DNA from: Podarcis liolepis
Lineage: Eukaryota
Assembly (NCBI GenBank): GCA_965112155.1
Contig: OZ218101.1
Direction: 5' to 3' (one strand)
Length of the DNA: 64,000 bases
How positions within the stretch are numbered: the stretch's first letter is position 1; each line of letters opens with the position of its first letter. The position numbers and the translations under genes were made by a program. Positions 1 through 12,639 of this stretch are shown here, one piece after another. Below the pieces are notes generated by a model. The model saw only the letters and a list, made by a program, of their open reading frames with translations, was not told the origin of the DNA and did no database searches.

Positions 1-203
1 CGGCAAGCTGAGCGCCCTTCGGATACTACCTTTTGCTTTCGATCCGCTCCGTCTGCGGAGGAGGGAAGGGGAGAGCGAGAGGAGGGAAAGTTCCTATTCC
101 GCGGCGCCGGGGCTTGCCGGACCTTGGGCGAGAGAGGGAGCAGGACTCACTTCGGAGCAGCAATTTCCTCCTTGCAGTGATCGGCGTGCTTCGGATGGGC
201 GGC

Positions 204-270
204 ATGTTTGGTTGGGGGCTTTCTGGAGCCGTGCTGGGCGGGCTGCTGAACTGCTGGCTCCTTCTGGCAG
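204..270 (+). CDS. FLT1: FLT1 exon 1 coding part (signal peptide)
   Basis: MFGWGLSGAVLGGLLNCWLLLA-G, hydrophobic leader; donor CAG|GTAAGT at 270/271; an in-frame upstream ATG at 195 is an alternative start. Confidence 0.9.
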
Positions 271-692
271 GTAAGTGCTGCTGGCAGCGGACCGACAAGT
301 CCCTCCTCTGCCCGGGGCGCACGGGCGCCGCTCCATCCTTTACGCCTTTCTGGATCCTGCGGACGGGGATCTGAAAGGAGTCAGGCTTTAGGACAACGCA
401 CAAGAGAAAGGGGCCCTCGGGGTCTGCCAGGATCCAGCCAGCGTGTCCCTATTCCGGCTCCCTCCAAGGCTGGCGTAGCGCAGCGCACGGGCGCGCTTAC
501 CTTGCGGCACCTTGCGCTCGCTTCTCTAAAATGCGCTCGGTTTTTAAGCGACGGGTCTTCATTGCCATCGCAGAAACAAGAGCGGGGCGTTGGAAACCTG
601 TCAGGAAGGGCATCCTCCTTCATCTGAACAAGGGCTTTCCCCCAGAACCAGCTTCTTGGATTTTGATTGTCAGGCGAGGCTGCTCTGCATTT

Positions 693-716
693 GCCGCCGC
701 CGCCGCCGCCGCCGCC
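693..716. repeat. (GCC)8 microsatellite
   Basis: Perfect trinucleotide run within the CpG island, in intron 1. Confidence 0.95.
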
Positions 717-3259
717 TAGGTGCAATCTGGAAAAAGTAATCGCTTCCAAAATTGGCCACGCGGAATGGGGTCGGAATGAACGCTCCAGCCCTCTGGGATC
801 AGGTCACCCTCTTCTCACTGAGGCTTCTCCAGGAAGCTTCCTATGGGCTTTCCCCAACCGCACCATTTGTATGGGGATGCGCGTTCCACCCCCTCCCAGT
901 GGGCGAGCGGCCCTTCCATTATACCCCCTCTCCGCAACCAGCTGCTTGGGCTTTCCACGTGGATTTTTCGAAGGGTGCTCCCTTAAAGAAATTAATAGCC
1001 CTCTCCAGTATTCCACTAGTGCACGCCCACCCCTCCCTTCTATCCCTCCTAATGTGGATATAGTAGGAGCAGCTTATAACTTCCGCTCTGATGGTCCCAG
1101 CCTTGCACTGCGGCTAGGAAAAGAATTCGCATTCTGACCATCCGCCTTTCAAAGATGCGGAGCTAAAATGCCTGGTGTGGCACCAAGTCCGAGAGCTTCT
1201 TATTGGTAGGAAAATGCCAGGTGAACAAAACAAAGCAGAACTGGCTGGGAGACCGGAGAATCCAAAGCTCTTCCCGTAGAAAGTGACATTCGTTTTCTTT
1301 CCTGACATGGGCTGGGATGCTGGAAGCTAAGGGTTGGTGCGATCCAGGCATGGGCTGTTGTCTATAAAAAGGAGTACCAGGGCTAGAATTTTATGCACGC
1401 AGGAGTTTCTGCATGTATGTGATTGTCGTGGGACTTGATGCTGAATTAAAAGGGTGATGACTTTTTTCCTCTTCTGTGCCAACCCAGCGAAGTGTTTCCT
1501 TAATTCTAAGCCTAGTGTCTTGAAGGGAGGAACTGTCCTGGGTGCTCTAAAGGACTAACTCCCGGTTAACCTATACATTAAATCTATCTTCATTTTAAAG
1601 TACTTAACAATTGCATTTTGCAGTTATGTGGAGATTGGCAATGTGGCTGAGAAACTGACCTGTGGGATCTCATCATCACTGATTCGGTTTGGATTAGAAA
1701 TATGCTGCTGACAGCACCGCTTTCCTTTTAAGTTTAAACTTGGAAATAAGGCTGCTTTGTTGGGAGCAGAGAGCACTGACATCAGAGCGGTTTTCTTACA
1801 AATAAAGTGATTAAGAGAGTGGTAGATTTATATGGTATTTTTCGGTATTCAGATATGCAACCCAGTTCAACAGAAGTATTTCACTGGTTGAAATGGAGCC
1901 TGCTTCCAAGAAACTGGGATTAAGTCTACAGTCATGTGCACACTTATCTGAGAGCCAGTGCAATAATAAGTGTGTTTTCACAAGTGACATATTTGTGTGT
2001 GTTTGCACGCACACACACAGTTAAATTGTGTCTTCAGTTCTTTTGCTTCAATAAAACTTACATTGACTAGGATGTACATTGAATTGAAAAAAACTCACTT
2101 CTGATTTGTATCTGGCATGGGCAAAATTCACATTGGCATAAATAGTGTAAGAAAACTTCAAAGATGCTACTTAATGTTATATACGAAAATGGCTGTAGTT
2201 TGGAACATGTTGCTGGTGAAGGCTATTAATGTGGGAAAGGAATCAGATCATTTTAAACAGGATGTAGGATCTATGTATGAGTTAGAGATGTTGGAAACAC
2301 AAATAAGCATCACTTACGAAAACTGTCCTTAAATCTCATATCTAGTGAACATTTCTTCTGCTTGATTTTTATCCAATAAGCAGCTTGTCGCTCCTTAATA
2401 TGCTTGTGATGGTTAATGGGTGGATGATCATACACAGTGCTATTCTATGTCTGATTGACAAAAGTTGCTGAAATCCATATATATATATGCGCTAAAATGA
2501 TTCAGTGTTATAGAAGCAAAGAGTGAACAGAACATAAAACAGGCACCACACTTAAGTCTGTAGTGTCCTGCATTGTTGAGATTATTATTAGCAAGCAAAA
2601 TCTTAATATGTGATAAATAAGTGTTTAAGAACACATGAACCTACTGGATCAGGCCAATGACCTGTCTAGTCCTGCACCCCATTCACACAGTGGGCAAACT
2701 GTTGCACTCAGATCTTGCTTTCAGACTTTCCATAGGCAATAGGACTCACCCCACTTGGGATTCCTAGCATTCAAAGGCATACTGCCTCCGACAGAGGAAG
2801 CAGAACATAACCATTGTGACTAGTGGCCATTAGAAATATGGATATTCAGTTTTATCAAGAAGATGCAATTGGTTGTGAACTGAATATATATTTAGTGGCC
2901 AATCTAGACTTGCTGCCAGGCATTGTGTTTAGAGGCAATGTATAACAACATGCACAGTTGCTAATGGTGAGCATATTTGTGAGCATCACACTAAGTTGTC
3001 CATAAGAACTTGTATTGAGTTTCCTTTCTTGGATCCAAACTGCATAGAGACATTGGAGCAGATTTATAGAAGTTCAAAAGGTTTTCTGTGGGTTGCACAA
3101 TTCTAAGAACAATCGAAATAAAGTGATAGAACTTACATTCAGGACAATGTACTGCGTGTTTCAAAGAGTTAAACCAACATTTTAAACCAGTTCAGGAAGA
3201 CGATTTGGGTTAAACAGGATTATCTGTACATTTCCTTAGAACAAGTTCCAGTGGACTTA

Positions 3260-3474
3260 CAGTGGTAGCTCAGGTTATAGACGCTTCAGGTTACAGCCTC
3301 CGCTAACCCAGAAATAGTACCTCGGGTTAAGAACTTTGCTTCAGGATGAGAACAGAAATCGCGCAGCAGCAGCAGGAGGCCCCATTAATTAAAGTGGTAC
3401 CTCAGGTTAAGAACAGTTTCGGGTTAAGAACGGACCTCCAGAACAAATTAAGTTCTTAACCTGAGGTACCACTG
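3260..3474. mobile_element. Tc1/mariner-pogo (Tigger-like) MITE
   Basis: TIRs CAGTGGTAGCTCAGGTTA / TAACCTGAGGTACCACTG, TA on both flanks; second family member at 45860-46085. Confidence 0.9.
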
Positions 3475-4837
3475 TATTTCCAACAATATTATGTAGGGTT
3501 GGCACTGATACACTTTTTCAGATTTCCCAATCTTGTCCTTAGTGTCATCAACTGTTATTTGAAAAACTTCTTTTTTCAAGTACCAGGCTTGTTTTTTCCT
3601 ATGTATTTCAAGTGTCTGAGTACTCTTATTTATGTTGCAGCTCCTCTCCATAGCATTAGTCAGGGCATCTCAAGTGGAAGTTTGTGTTCAGCAACCAATG
3701 TGGATTCCTGTGCTAGGCAAGCAGATCAGAGATGGAGATTTTGTCATTTGCTGCTAAATAGAAGAGTAAATCTGCCTAACACAATGGAAGGGTAGATTGC
3801 TTGGGGTTGCTCTACTGTCCCTTAAAATGAATATTTACTATTTAAGTAGCATCCTCATTTATGTAGTAATAAAGTCAGATTAATTTGGAGGAACAGAAGA
3901 GGGTGGTGGATCTAGAGAAGCAAAGATCACAAAGATATAAGAGCAGTAATATCATCAGGGCAGGACTTTGGGGCAGAAGTCCTGGGCCCTCTTAGCAAAA
4001 TGAGCAGGCTGGTTTACTACATGTAGAAGTTTGCTACTTGAGAGGCAAGTACACAGTACACAGACCATGTAAGCACCATTGTATGAGAACAAAATATTGG
4101 GGGAAATAAGACCAGTTTATACTGGATCTGGAAGTGTGCATAGGAGTCAGTGTAACACTCAAATATCCTTTCCATGGTACTCCTACACTTGGAAGACTTT
4201 TCTGTAATTGCAGTAGCTAGGAAATGCAATAAGCAGGGCAAAGGAAATAAAACTGGTACTCATAAGTGTTCAGTTTAGTTTAGAATTTTAATTAGTGGCA
4301 AGATCTGGGGTTTGTATTTGTACACTTTCTTGAATGACATCAAATACTCAACAGCAAATAGCTTCCTGTGGCACTGCATGCTATAAAGACCAGCAGCTGC
4401 TGTTGATGAGGCAGTAGTGGATAACTATGCTGTGTTCACACAGCAGTGTTCCACTAGTATCAGTGACCTTGCTCATATTGATTAATGTATTTATGGACAG
4501 ACTATGGTAGTAAAGGAAGTAAGTGAGATTGAAGGAGGGTATAAAAGCGCAACTAAGACTTCAGTTGACAGACCTTATCTTCAGAGTACAATGAAATGGT
4601 TTGTTTCTTTAAACTAATGAAATATAGAGAAGACCAGAAATATTCCTACAAATAATATTTTTAAGAATTGTGGAGGTTTTGTCACTTCCTCTAGAGAAAG
4701 TCAGACAATGGTGAGTGTATTTGCCCCACAGAATTCAATGGGGTTGACTGTCATTTCCTCTTCCTCCTTCTTTCTTTGAGGGTGCATGTGTCTAGGGATC
4801 TCTGTGTCACTTGAGAATTCACATTACTTTGTCAATC

Positions 4838-5210
4838 AAGTGCTTCAGCTTAGTGGTAGAGCATTTGCTTTCCATGCGGAAGGTTCCATGTCCGATTCCC
4901 AGCATCTCCACACAGAAGTGGGAATGCCTGCTCTCAGAAATCTAGAAAACTTCTGCCAGTCGGTGTATATCAGGGACTCCCAAGCCATAGACTGTGGACT
5001 ACCAGTGGACCACGAACTTCATTCAAGCGGTCTGCATCATGTCTGTAAAAATACAATTTAAAATCATTCATGATCTAGTACAGTGCCTTACAATTGCTAC
5101 AGCAGGGCAAAAAATCAGAAACGTTCAAGTGATCCATGGGAGAGAGAAAAAGTTTGGGAACCACTGACAGTACTGAGCTATTTGTACCAATAAAGCAGCC
5201 TCCTTAAGCT
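4838..5210 (+). mobile_element. Decayed tRNA-derived SINE (Squam3-like) interrupted by a hAT-type MITE at 4971-5166
   Basis: A/B-box-like head (GCTTAGTGGTAGAGC...GTCCGATTCCC), body CTGCCAGTCGGTGTA..CAGTACTGAGCTA; insert begins CAGGGACTCCCAA and ends TTTGGGAACCACTG. Confidence 0.65.
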
Positions 5211-5575
5211 TCCTATATTTTTTAATAATTCCTAGGATTCTTTGGGGGAAGTGAAGCCATGCCAATTGAAGTGATATAAATTCGACAGAGTTATAGTGTA
5301 ATTATGCCCTATGTCTTCATGGAGCCATTTCTCAGCTGTTGCTTGAACTGCACTCAGATGAGCTTAACAGAACAATCCATAGAATAGGAAGCCAGCTTAA
5401 TTTATGTCAGGGTAAGTACTGCCAGTGCAATTTACCCCTATTCCAAACTCCCATTTTGCCAATGTAACTTTTGCTGGGTTGCTGGATCACATGACTGAGC
5501 TGAAAGGAGTTTGGAATTGGGTATATCTCCTCCTGCCCTATCACATCCCCAGCACACACCCCAGAACATCCCCTT

Positions 5576-6035
5576 TGAAATATACTCGGAATCAAGCGAG
5601 AAGCTGCTGTCGGTTGCCATTCTGAGCTCCTTGGGGCCCGGAGCTGAAGCCTGGATACATGGTGCGAGGCAGCGGTGCGGCAGGTGGCGGTGCTGTGTGT
5701 GGCGGTCAGCTCAGTGGGATCCCATCCTTGTCGCCAGTGAAATATACTTGGAGTCAAGAGAGGATTTCATGCTCTTTATTCAGCTCATAGTGGTGAGGAG
5801 GAATGGAAGTTCCCCCAGAATGACTGCTTTATATACATTAATTACAGAATGGGCCCCACGTGATTGGCTACTTCCGGGATTCACCTGTAGGCCAATCAGG
5901 TTGAGGATTCACTTCCACCTGGAGCTGGATTGGGTGGCTCCTGTGGACCAGTCAGACTGCTGCATTCTGGACCCTATTGTTCTAGGACCAATCAGACTGC
6001 TGCCTTTTGGATCCTATTCAACTCAGTACATAGCA
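5576..6035 (-). mobile_element. Internally deleted LTR (Gypsy-like) retrotransposon
   Basis: 298-bp TG..CA LTR (6035-5738) with CCAAT boxes, TATATAAA and AATAAA; PBS TGGCGACAAGGATGGGAT (5736-5719); leader and ATG at 5620; about 25 nt remnant of the second LTR end (5600-5576); 4-bp TSD CCTT (5572-5575 / 6036-6039). Confidence 0.85.
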
Positions 6036-9000
6036 CCTTTTATGGGACTTACCCTGCCTCAGCTGAGTTGTGATGGAAGACTTACACAATGTATCTGTGG
6101 CTGAGCCGGGACGAAAGACTTCAGCAGGAGATTTGCTTATTCCAAACCTCCAACTGATTTTGAATTTTGGATTTCTCCCTAAAAGGAAGCACTGTGCCAG
6201 ATTATAGACTATACGTTCATCATTTCTATTATTATTTATATGCAGCCTGTTGGCATATTAATAATAAATAAACAATAAAAGCATAAAATAGCAAAATGAC
6301 AAAATACTTGCCCATCACTTTGGATATGTGTTTATGAGCTGCATTCATACCATCACCACAAACACAGTTCCCCAGCATTCTAATCTCACTTGAAATGCAG
6401 GCTGTATATTTAATCCAGGGCTGGCCCACTCATGAGGTGACTGCCTCAGGTGACAGGATCCACAGGAGCAGCAGATCCCAGTGCAAATTTTTATTGCCCC
6501 TTTGTTCCTGTTGTCAATCTTCACTTCCCTAGTGAGGAAAGGGGAGACCTTTTGTGGCTCATCTAGGGTGCCAAAGTGTTTTGGGCTGGCTCTGATTTAA
6601 ACAACAGATTTTTTTCAAGTCATCCACAGAACCTCATATGATTAATCGATTGCATTTTATTTAACCAGGTTGCAGTCCCGCCATCCACCTCTCCCCTCTC
6701 TCTCCAAGCTTCAGTGGGTGAGCTTACCATTCAGCAAGAGCAAATCATATCAGCTAAGAATGCAACTACCTGCACAATATTAAGCCATTCAATGGGATGT
6801 TTATTACCTTTTGAGCATTCCTGTATACTCCCACTGACTTCTGTATACCAGTTCTCATCCTGATATTTAAAATAAATGAGCCTTTTTGCGAGAAAAAAAA
6901 TTAGAATGGTGGAAATTAGAGATTCCTATTAAGAGATTTTGATCACCCTCCTACCTGTGTAAGAAGCATTTCTTAATGTATACAATATATACACCAGTAG
7001 CGCTAGTTTGATTGAATTGCCCACTTTGGCTAGCAGGTAATCGTAAAAAAAAATATTTAAGGCATGTTTAATGAGCCTTAAAAACTTCGTGGAAGTGATT
7101 TGTAATAGAGATCTTCATTGCCCACTGAAGAAAAGTTAGATTCATTAGGTTTTAAGCTCTGTGTCTACTGCTGTTTGAATAGATAAATGCATTATTCTCA
7201 TTAATGACTTCAGTAAAGGTTACTCAGTGTATTAATGGGGTGTCTGTTCTAAATGGTTTTTAAAAATTGACCAGGGCTTCCCTATGGAGAGATGAATACT
7301 TGCCTGAGGCAGTAACATGGTGCAACAATTAAGTGAAGAGCCAAAAGTCTGTGGCTTCAATATAGTTATGTACCCATCTTTTCAGATTACTAAGCAATAA
7401 GCAAAATATGGCAATCCTCCTAGGTAGAAATGAGTTGCTGTTTGTTGTGTGGTTGCGGTGTGAATTCTAAGCGCACCAAGAAACTTTTAGCTGCCACAAG
7501 ACACTGGTCTTTTTGTAGGTCCATCCATGAGGCAAGCTAAGCAGTGGTGCAGTTGTGTCATTTTAAACTTTGTATGTCATTTAGGAAGCCTATTTATATG
7601 GTAATGTGTATAACTTTACTTACTTCAGAAGGTGGTAAACCAGCCTTGTGGCATTTGGGGGCCCTCCTGAGTAGGGTCCTAGACCTCTGCCCCCAAGTTT
7701 TGTTCTGATGGCACCACTGAAGCTGGGAGTTATTCATTCTTTGGAAACCGTCTACCAACCTGGGGAAATGGGATAGTAGTGCTTTGTTTACAATGCTTTG
7801 TTTACTACATGGTTGGAGACTACAGTACAGCCTTTTCTCCTAGTTGGTACTAAGTTCTGAGCATACTGTACTTGTTAGTCCCTTCCCACCTATTGTCTAT
7901 GTCAGTGAATTGTGATAGAATAAATCAATGCTACAAAGCCCCTTCCCCTAGTTTCCCAATGATAATGAGTCGATAGCTTCAGTGAAAGATCATGATCACA
8001 AATTAATGCAGATATAAAATAGAGTATATTTGAGTGTTGACTCTGTGTAGGGGGTGGGGAAGCAGCTACAGCTCTCTGAAGTAGTTTCAGGCTGAATTCA
8101 ACCTCTAATGTGTTGAGAACGCTTGTATATGTTTTAAAGTCAATTCTGTATTAATTAAGAATGAATCAAAGCCCATTTTAAGGGCTTTCTTGAATTGATA
8201 TATTGTAGCAAAATTCATCACAATCAGCCAGCAGGTGTCTTTATTTCCAGATTTACCTTTTAGCTACTGTTACTGAACAGTAACTAAAAGGAAGCAGCTA
8301 CTTAATATTTTATTAGGTTTTATTTTAATGTAGTTCAATAAACATGCACAGGATTCAGGTGTAAATAATTTAATATATGTGTGGCTATATCTTTCTGTGT
8401 TTGTGTATACAGGTGTTTGACTCTGTTTTTAAAGGACATGGGGACCTCCAGACTTTCAGTGTTTGGGGATGGGAGGATTCAGTCATGCTGATTCAGGATG
8501 TGCAGTTAAAGTTGATTTGATTTTCTTGTGCAACAAACTTGCTTCTCAGACCTTTTGTGATAAGGAAAGTTATGGGGAAATACCTTTGAATGTGTGGGAT
8601 AACAATTGCAACATTGTATAATTTTCCTCCCAACAAATCCAAGTGAATGCTCAGTAAACAACTGGCCTTGTTTAACCCCCCTGCAAACTTGGGCAAACAA
8701 ATCAGAATGAATGATCAATAAAGAAGTTATTTGGAAGTGACCATGGTGGTAGTAATTTGTATGTCAAATTTCAAAGGATCTTGCTCTAGTTAGTCAAAGA
8801 TGTAAAAGTAACTTTAAAATGCCTTGACCCATTGGATGGGGAAAATCAATGGCACTTAGCCATTGGTGTGTGCTACTCCATGCAAAAAGAGATCCGCCAA
8901 GGAGAAACTATTTAGCCTTGGCTGAATAATTAACTCACATTCAGATACCTGGGAAGATTGTGCTGTGGCTCACAAACACACTTTACAGAAAGGCACCTCC

Positions 9001-9120
9001 CCTTTTAGAAGCTGCTTTGCCTTCATTACACAGGAATCCAAATCTGCTATTTATCTAAAGCACACACAGTTCCATTGGCCCTTCTTTCCTGTCATATTTT
9101 CTTTTAATCGCAACAACAAC

Positions 9121-9150
9121 ATTAAATTAAATTAAATTAAATTAAATTAA
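9121..9150. repeat. (ATTAA)6 microsatellite
   Basis: Direct reading. Confidence 0.9.
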
Positions 9151-11616
9151 AAAGTGAACACTTTTGTCAACACTGTGGCAAAGTTATGCCGGACAGCTTT
9201 AAACACATGTCAGGATATTGTAATATTGTTAATTGTTTACAGAAGTTTTATAGGAAGTGATTTATAAATGGAATAAATTAAATAAATAAAAATATTCAAA
9301 TGAGCATTTGCCTTGTTCATTTGCTATATTCCACCCACACTCTGTGCTCTTTTTCCAGCCCCATCTCTCTGGCACTTCCCTATCATTCTCAGGTCCTTTA
9401 CACCTCCCCCTTCCCCCTGCTTACACACCCAACTTCATATCGCTTTTGCCTGCTTCTAAATACTGTACCCTAAGCCCTTCTCCTCTCACACACTTTTACA
9501 CACAATCACCTTCCTTATCAGTGGCAGACCTTGGGATCTCAAAATTTGGCACCCCCTCCCCACCTCTTGGCTTCCGTTCTACATCATAGTTGTGTCAGCT
9601 CCTGTGTCTCCTCAAGGCTTTGCACCCAGTGCCACCGAACAGGTCATGTTCCCCTAAATCTTCCTCTGTCCTAATGCTGGTACATCTGCATTGCAAACCA
9701 TAGCGGCTGTGCTCAATCAGCTTAACTGGATATAGTTGTGCTCCTACCGTACTGCAACTTGAGCTCAGCCTGCAAGGGGGAGAATCACTTGCAGAAGGCA
9801 CAGATTCAGTCTTCTGATTTTGCCTTAGGACTTTGCCTTATGACTTAGTTGCTGTTGTGAAACCGAGAAGGGGTTTCTCCAGAGGAGCTTTGTAATACTG
9901 TAGTCTCAAACCCGGTGCTGCCAGCCTGATACTGGCCAGCTAGATGCTCTCCCTCTTGTGGACTGTATTGCATATCATCCAGTTGCTTGCTTTAGAAGCC
10001 AGAGGGGTGGGTGGAGGAACTTGCAATCCACCCTTTACCTTCCTGGAACACGTGGCTAAGGAATAAATTAAATTCGATTGCAGTGCATTAGAGAAGTGCT
10101 TCAGTGCTTAAGAGTTATTTGTCAACAATGGCATTATATTTCTGTTCTTTTGTGGTCTTGCTGAAGAAGGAGAGAAGAGAGGAAAAGCTTGATCCTGAAG
10201 CTTGAACATAGCTAAGCTATGGTTTAGCTTTCCTTGCCAACCAGGTATAAGAATGATTAGTGAGCAGAAGGGGAAGCATCTTTTGTTTTCAACATGTTAT
10301 CTTATTGCTTTTCTCTTTTCTCTTTTTTCTCATCCATGTCCCATCCCTACCCTGCTCCGTTCCAACCCTTCTGCTGCTTCTCTTGATACCTCACTGACTC
10401 TGCCTTCATAGGAAGATTAACCCCATTACCTATTGTTTGAGAGTGATAGGTTGTTCTTGGGTGAATTCCTGCAGTCATTATTGATGCAAACATTCAGGTT
10501 AAACCATAAGCAGCCTGATTATAAGCTGTGTAAAATGAATCTAAACACTGTATTGATTGTAGTGGACTTTTAAAAAATCAAGCCCTACACTGAATAACTT
10601 AAGAATTTTGTCCCATGTGCATTTCAGTCTGACATATTCTTCAAAGCTGTCTTAACATCTGAGAGTTTCATGACGTTATTTTTTTTCCATGTCTCATAAA
10701 ATAAAAATGTATATCTGCTGCATACTGAATGAGTAACTTTGCAAGTTACTATACATAATAAATTAGTTTGATTATCATGTGGATTTAAAAATCTGAATGT
10801 TGAATATAATGAAATAATGAATGTTGAGGTAGTATGACTGACAAGTTTGCTCCACAAGCCCTTTTAAAAAGAAAGTTGCTTAAGAGAACACTTAAAAGTA
10901 TTGTCAATAATGGCATTGTATTTACCAGAGTGAATATAGATATAGATACATAGTGTATGGGGTGTTAGAGGAGGGTAGAGCCTCTGGTGCAGGACACATG
11001 TTCCTTCGAGGGTACTTTGTCCCCCTGTCCCCACCTTGCATTTAGTTCTCACCTGTAGGTCCTAGTTCTCACCTGTGGCTGCTTGAGGTGTTGTGCCTGA
11101 ATGAATGTTTATGTTTTGACATTAATCTGCATAGTATTATCTCTTGAGCCATGTACACCACCTTAGACCCTTGGAAGATAAAGGTGGTATATTTTTGTAA
11201 TGAAGAAATAAATAAATTCTGGGTGAACAGAGATGGTCATTACCATGCCAAAAAATTGTAAATTTACTGAAATATACCGTAGATTACAGTTAACAGTAAT
11301 CTGTAACATTCGACCACATAATGAGGCAGATTTTGTCACATCCTTTCAACTGATCAGAACAATAGAATACCAGGTGAATATACAATATAGCTAATCAGGT
11401 GGCTGATTGCTACTAATTTGCAGGTCCAGATCCACTGTGCCTGCGGTTTACTTTTACAAAGCCATTCAAGCAATTGCATGTATGGCATCCCAGCTAATTT
11501 GGCTCTGTGTGAAAACACTGAAGACCTTTTAGATAAAAACATATTAATTTGAATAGATACAAAGCCCATCAGTTTTTCCACCAGTTTTAATAATCTGGAT
11601 TTTCCTTGTTTTCTAG

Positions 11617-11713
11617 GCTCTAGTTCGGGGTCCAGTTGGAAAGGTCCAAAGCTAAATATAACAGGAACACAGCATGTCATACAAGAAGGAGATACTTTAA
11701 GCATCATGTGCAG
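11617..11713 (+). CDS. FLT1: FLT1 exon 2 (start of Ig domain 1)
   Basis: ttctag|G..SSSGSSWKGPKLNITGTQHVIQEGDTLSIMC..AG|gtaatc; 97 nt. Confidence 0.95.
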
Positions 11714-11819
11714 GTAATCATCCAGGGTGCACCTTTTATGAATTTGGTCTGTGGTTAATAGGTTTTCTTTCTAGTTTGTTTTTCTAGTTGGTTGCAAGAA
11801 GGAATTATTGTTGGAAGAA

Positions 11820-12230
11820 ATATAGAAAGTTTCCTTATACTGAATCAGACCCATTGGTCTATTTAGCTCAGTATTGTCTGCACCAGGCATAGGCAAACTC
11901 AGCCCTCCAGATGTTTTGGGACTACAACTCCCATGATCCCTAGCTAACAGGACCAGTGGACAGAGATGATGGGAATTGTAGGCCCAGAACATCTGGAGGG
12001 CTGAGTTTGCCTATGCCTGGCTCTGCACTGATTTTCAGTGGTTTTTTTCAAATTGAATGGGGGACTGAGTGTTGAGATTCCTGTATTGCAGGGAGTTGGA
12101 CTAAATGACCCTCAGAGACTTTTCCAACTGTACAATTCTATGATTCCAAGATTTCCAACAGAGGCCTCTCCCAGTCTTAGCTGGAGATGCTGGGGATTGA
12201 ACCTGGCGTCTTCTGCATGGAAAGCAGCTA
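11820..12230 (-). mobile_element. Nested cluster in intron 2: Squam3-like SINE (minus) split by a hAT MITE (11884-12019) and a CR1 3' end (about 12070-12146, plus)
   Basis: MITE has long TIRs CAGGCATAGGCAAACTCAGCCCTCCAGATG and near-TSD GTCTGCAC / GCTCTGCAC; CR1 tail GTTGGACTAAATGACC...ATTCTATGATTC; SINE B-box GGGGATTGAACC on the reverse strand. Confidence 0.75.
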
Positions 12231-12415
12231 TTTAATAGGTCTTCATTTTCTTTTGTTTTTATTTATGATGTCGCTTTTAGAAAACAATATTAAGGGGAGC
12301 ACAAGAAATTACTAGATGCCATATGATTAAGGCTTGGGAATTGGTGCCATATAGTGGTAGCCAAACATAATTGTTTTGTTTGTTTATGCTTTTGCTTTCT
12401 TATCTGCATTTGCAG

Positions 12416-12639
12416 TGGGGAAGTGGCTCATTCATGGTCTCTGCCTGAAAGTCTAAGCAAGGACAGCGAACGACTGACTATAATTCCATATAGTTGTGGA
12501 AAGAACAGCAAACAGTTCTGTAGTAGCCTGACTTTGAACAAAGCTCAAGCAAGTGATACAGGATATTATAGTTGCAAGTATACATCTTCAAGTGCTGTGA
12601 AGAAGAAGACAGTATCAACAATATATGTATTTATTAATG
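12416..12639 (+). CDS. FLT1: FLT1 exon 3 (Ig domain 1)
   Basis: ttgcag|GEVAHSWSLPESLSKDSERLTIIPYSCGKNSKQFCSSLTLNKAQASDTGYYSCKY...IYVFIN|gtaaga; 224 nt. Confidence 0.96.

Larger units (their letters stand above)
1..960. promoter_or_regulatory. CpG island over FLT1 5' UTR / exon 1 / start of intron 1
   Basis: High GC and dense CpG compared with the AT-rich, CpG-poor rest of the window; contains the start codon. The TSS itself was not identified and the 3' boundary is approximate. Confidence 0.85.

Noticed and set aside
4838-4910. tRNA genes at 4838-4910, 12180-12230 and 21545-21600
   Set aside because: A/B-box-like heads continue into SINE bodies and do not fold into intact cloverleafs.
5511-6104. 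197-aa plus-strand ORF in intron 1
   Set aside because: It runs antisense through the LTR element, has a non-ATG start, and shows no protein-like motif.
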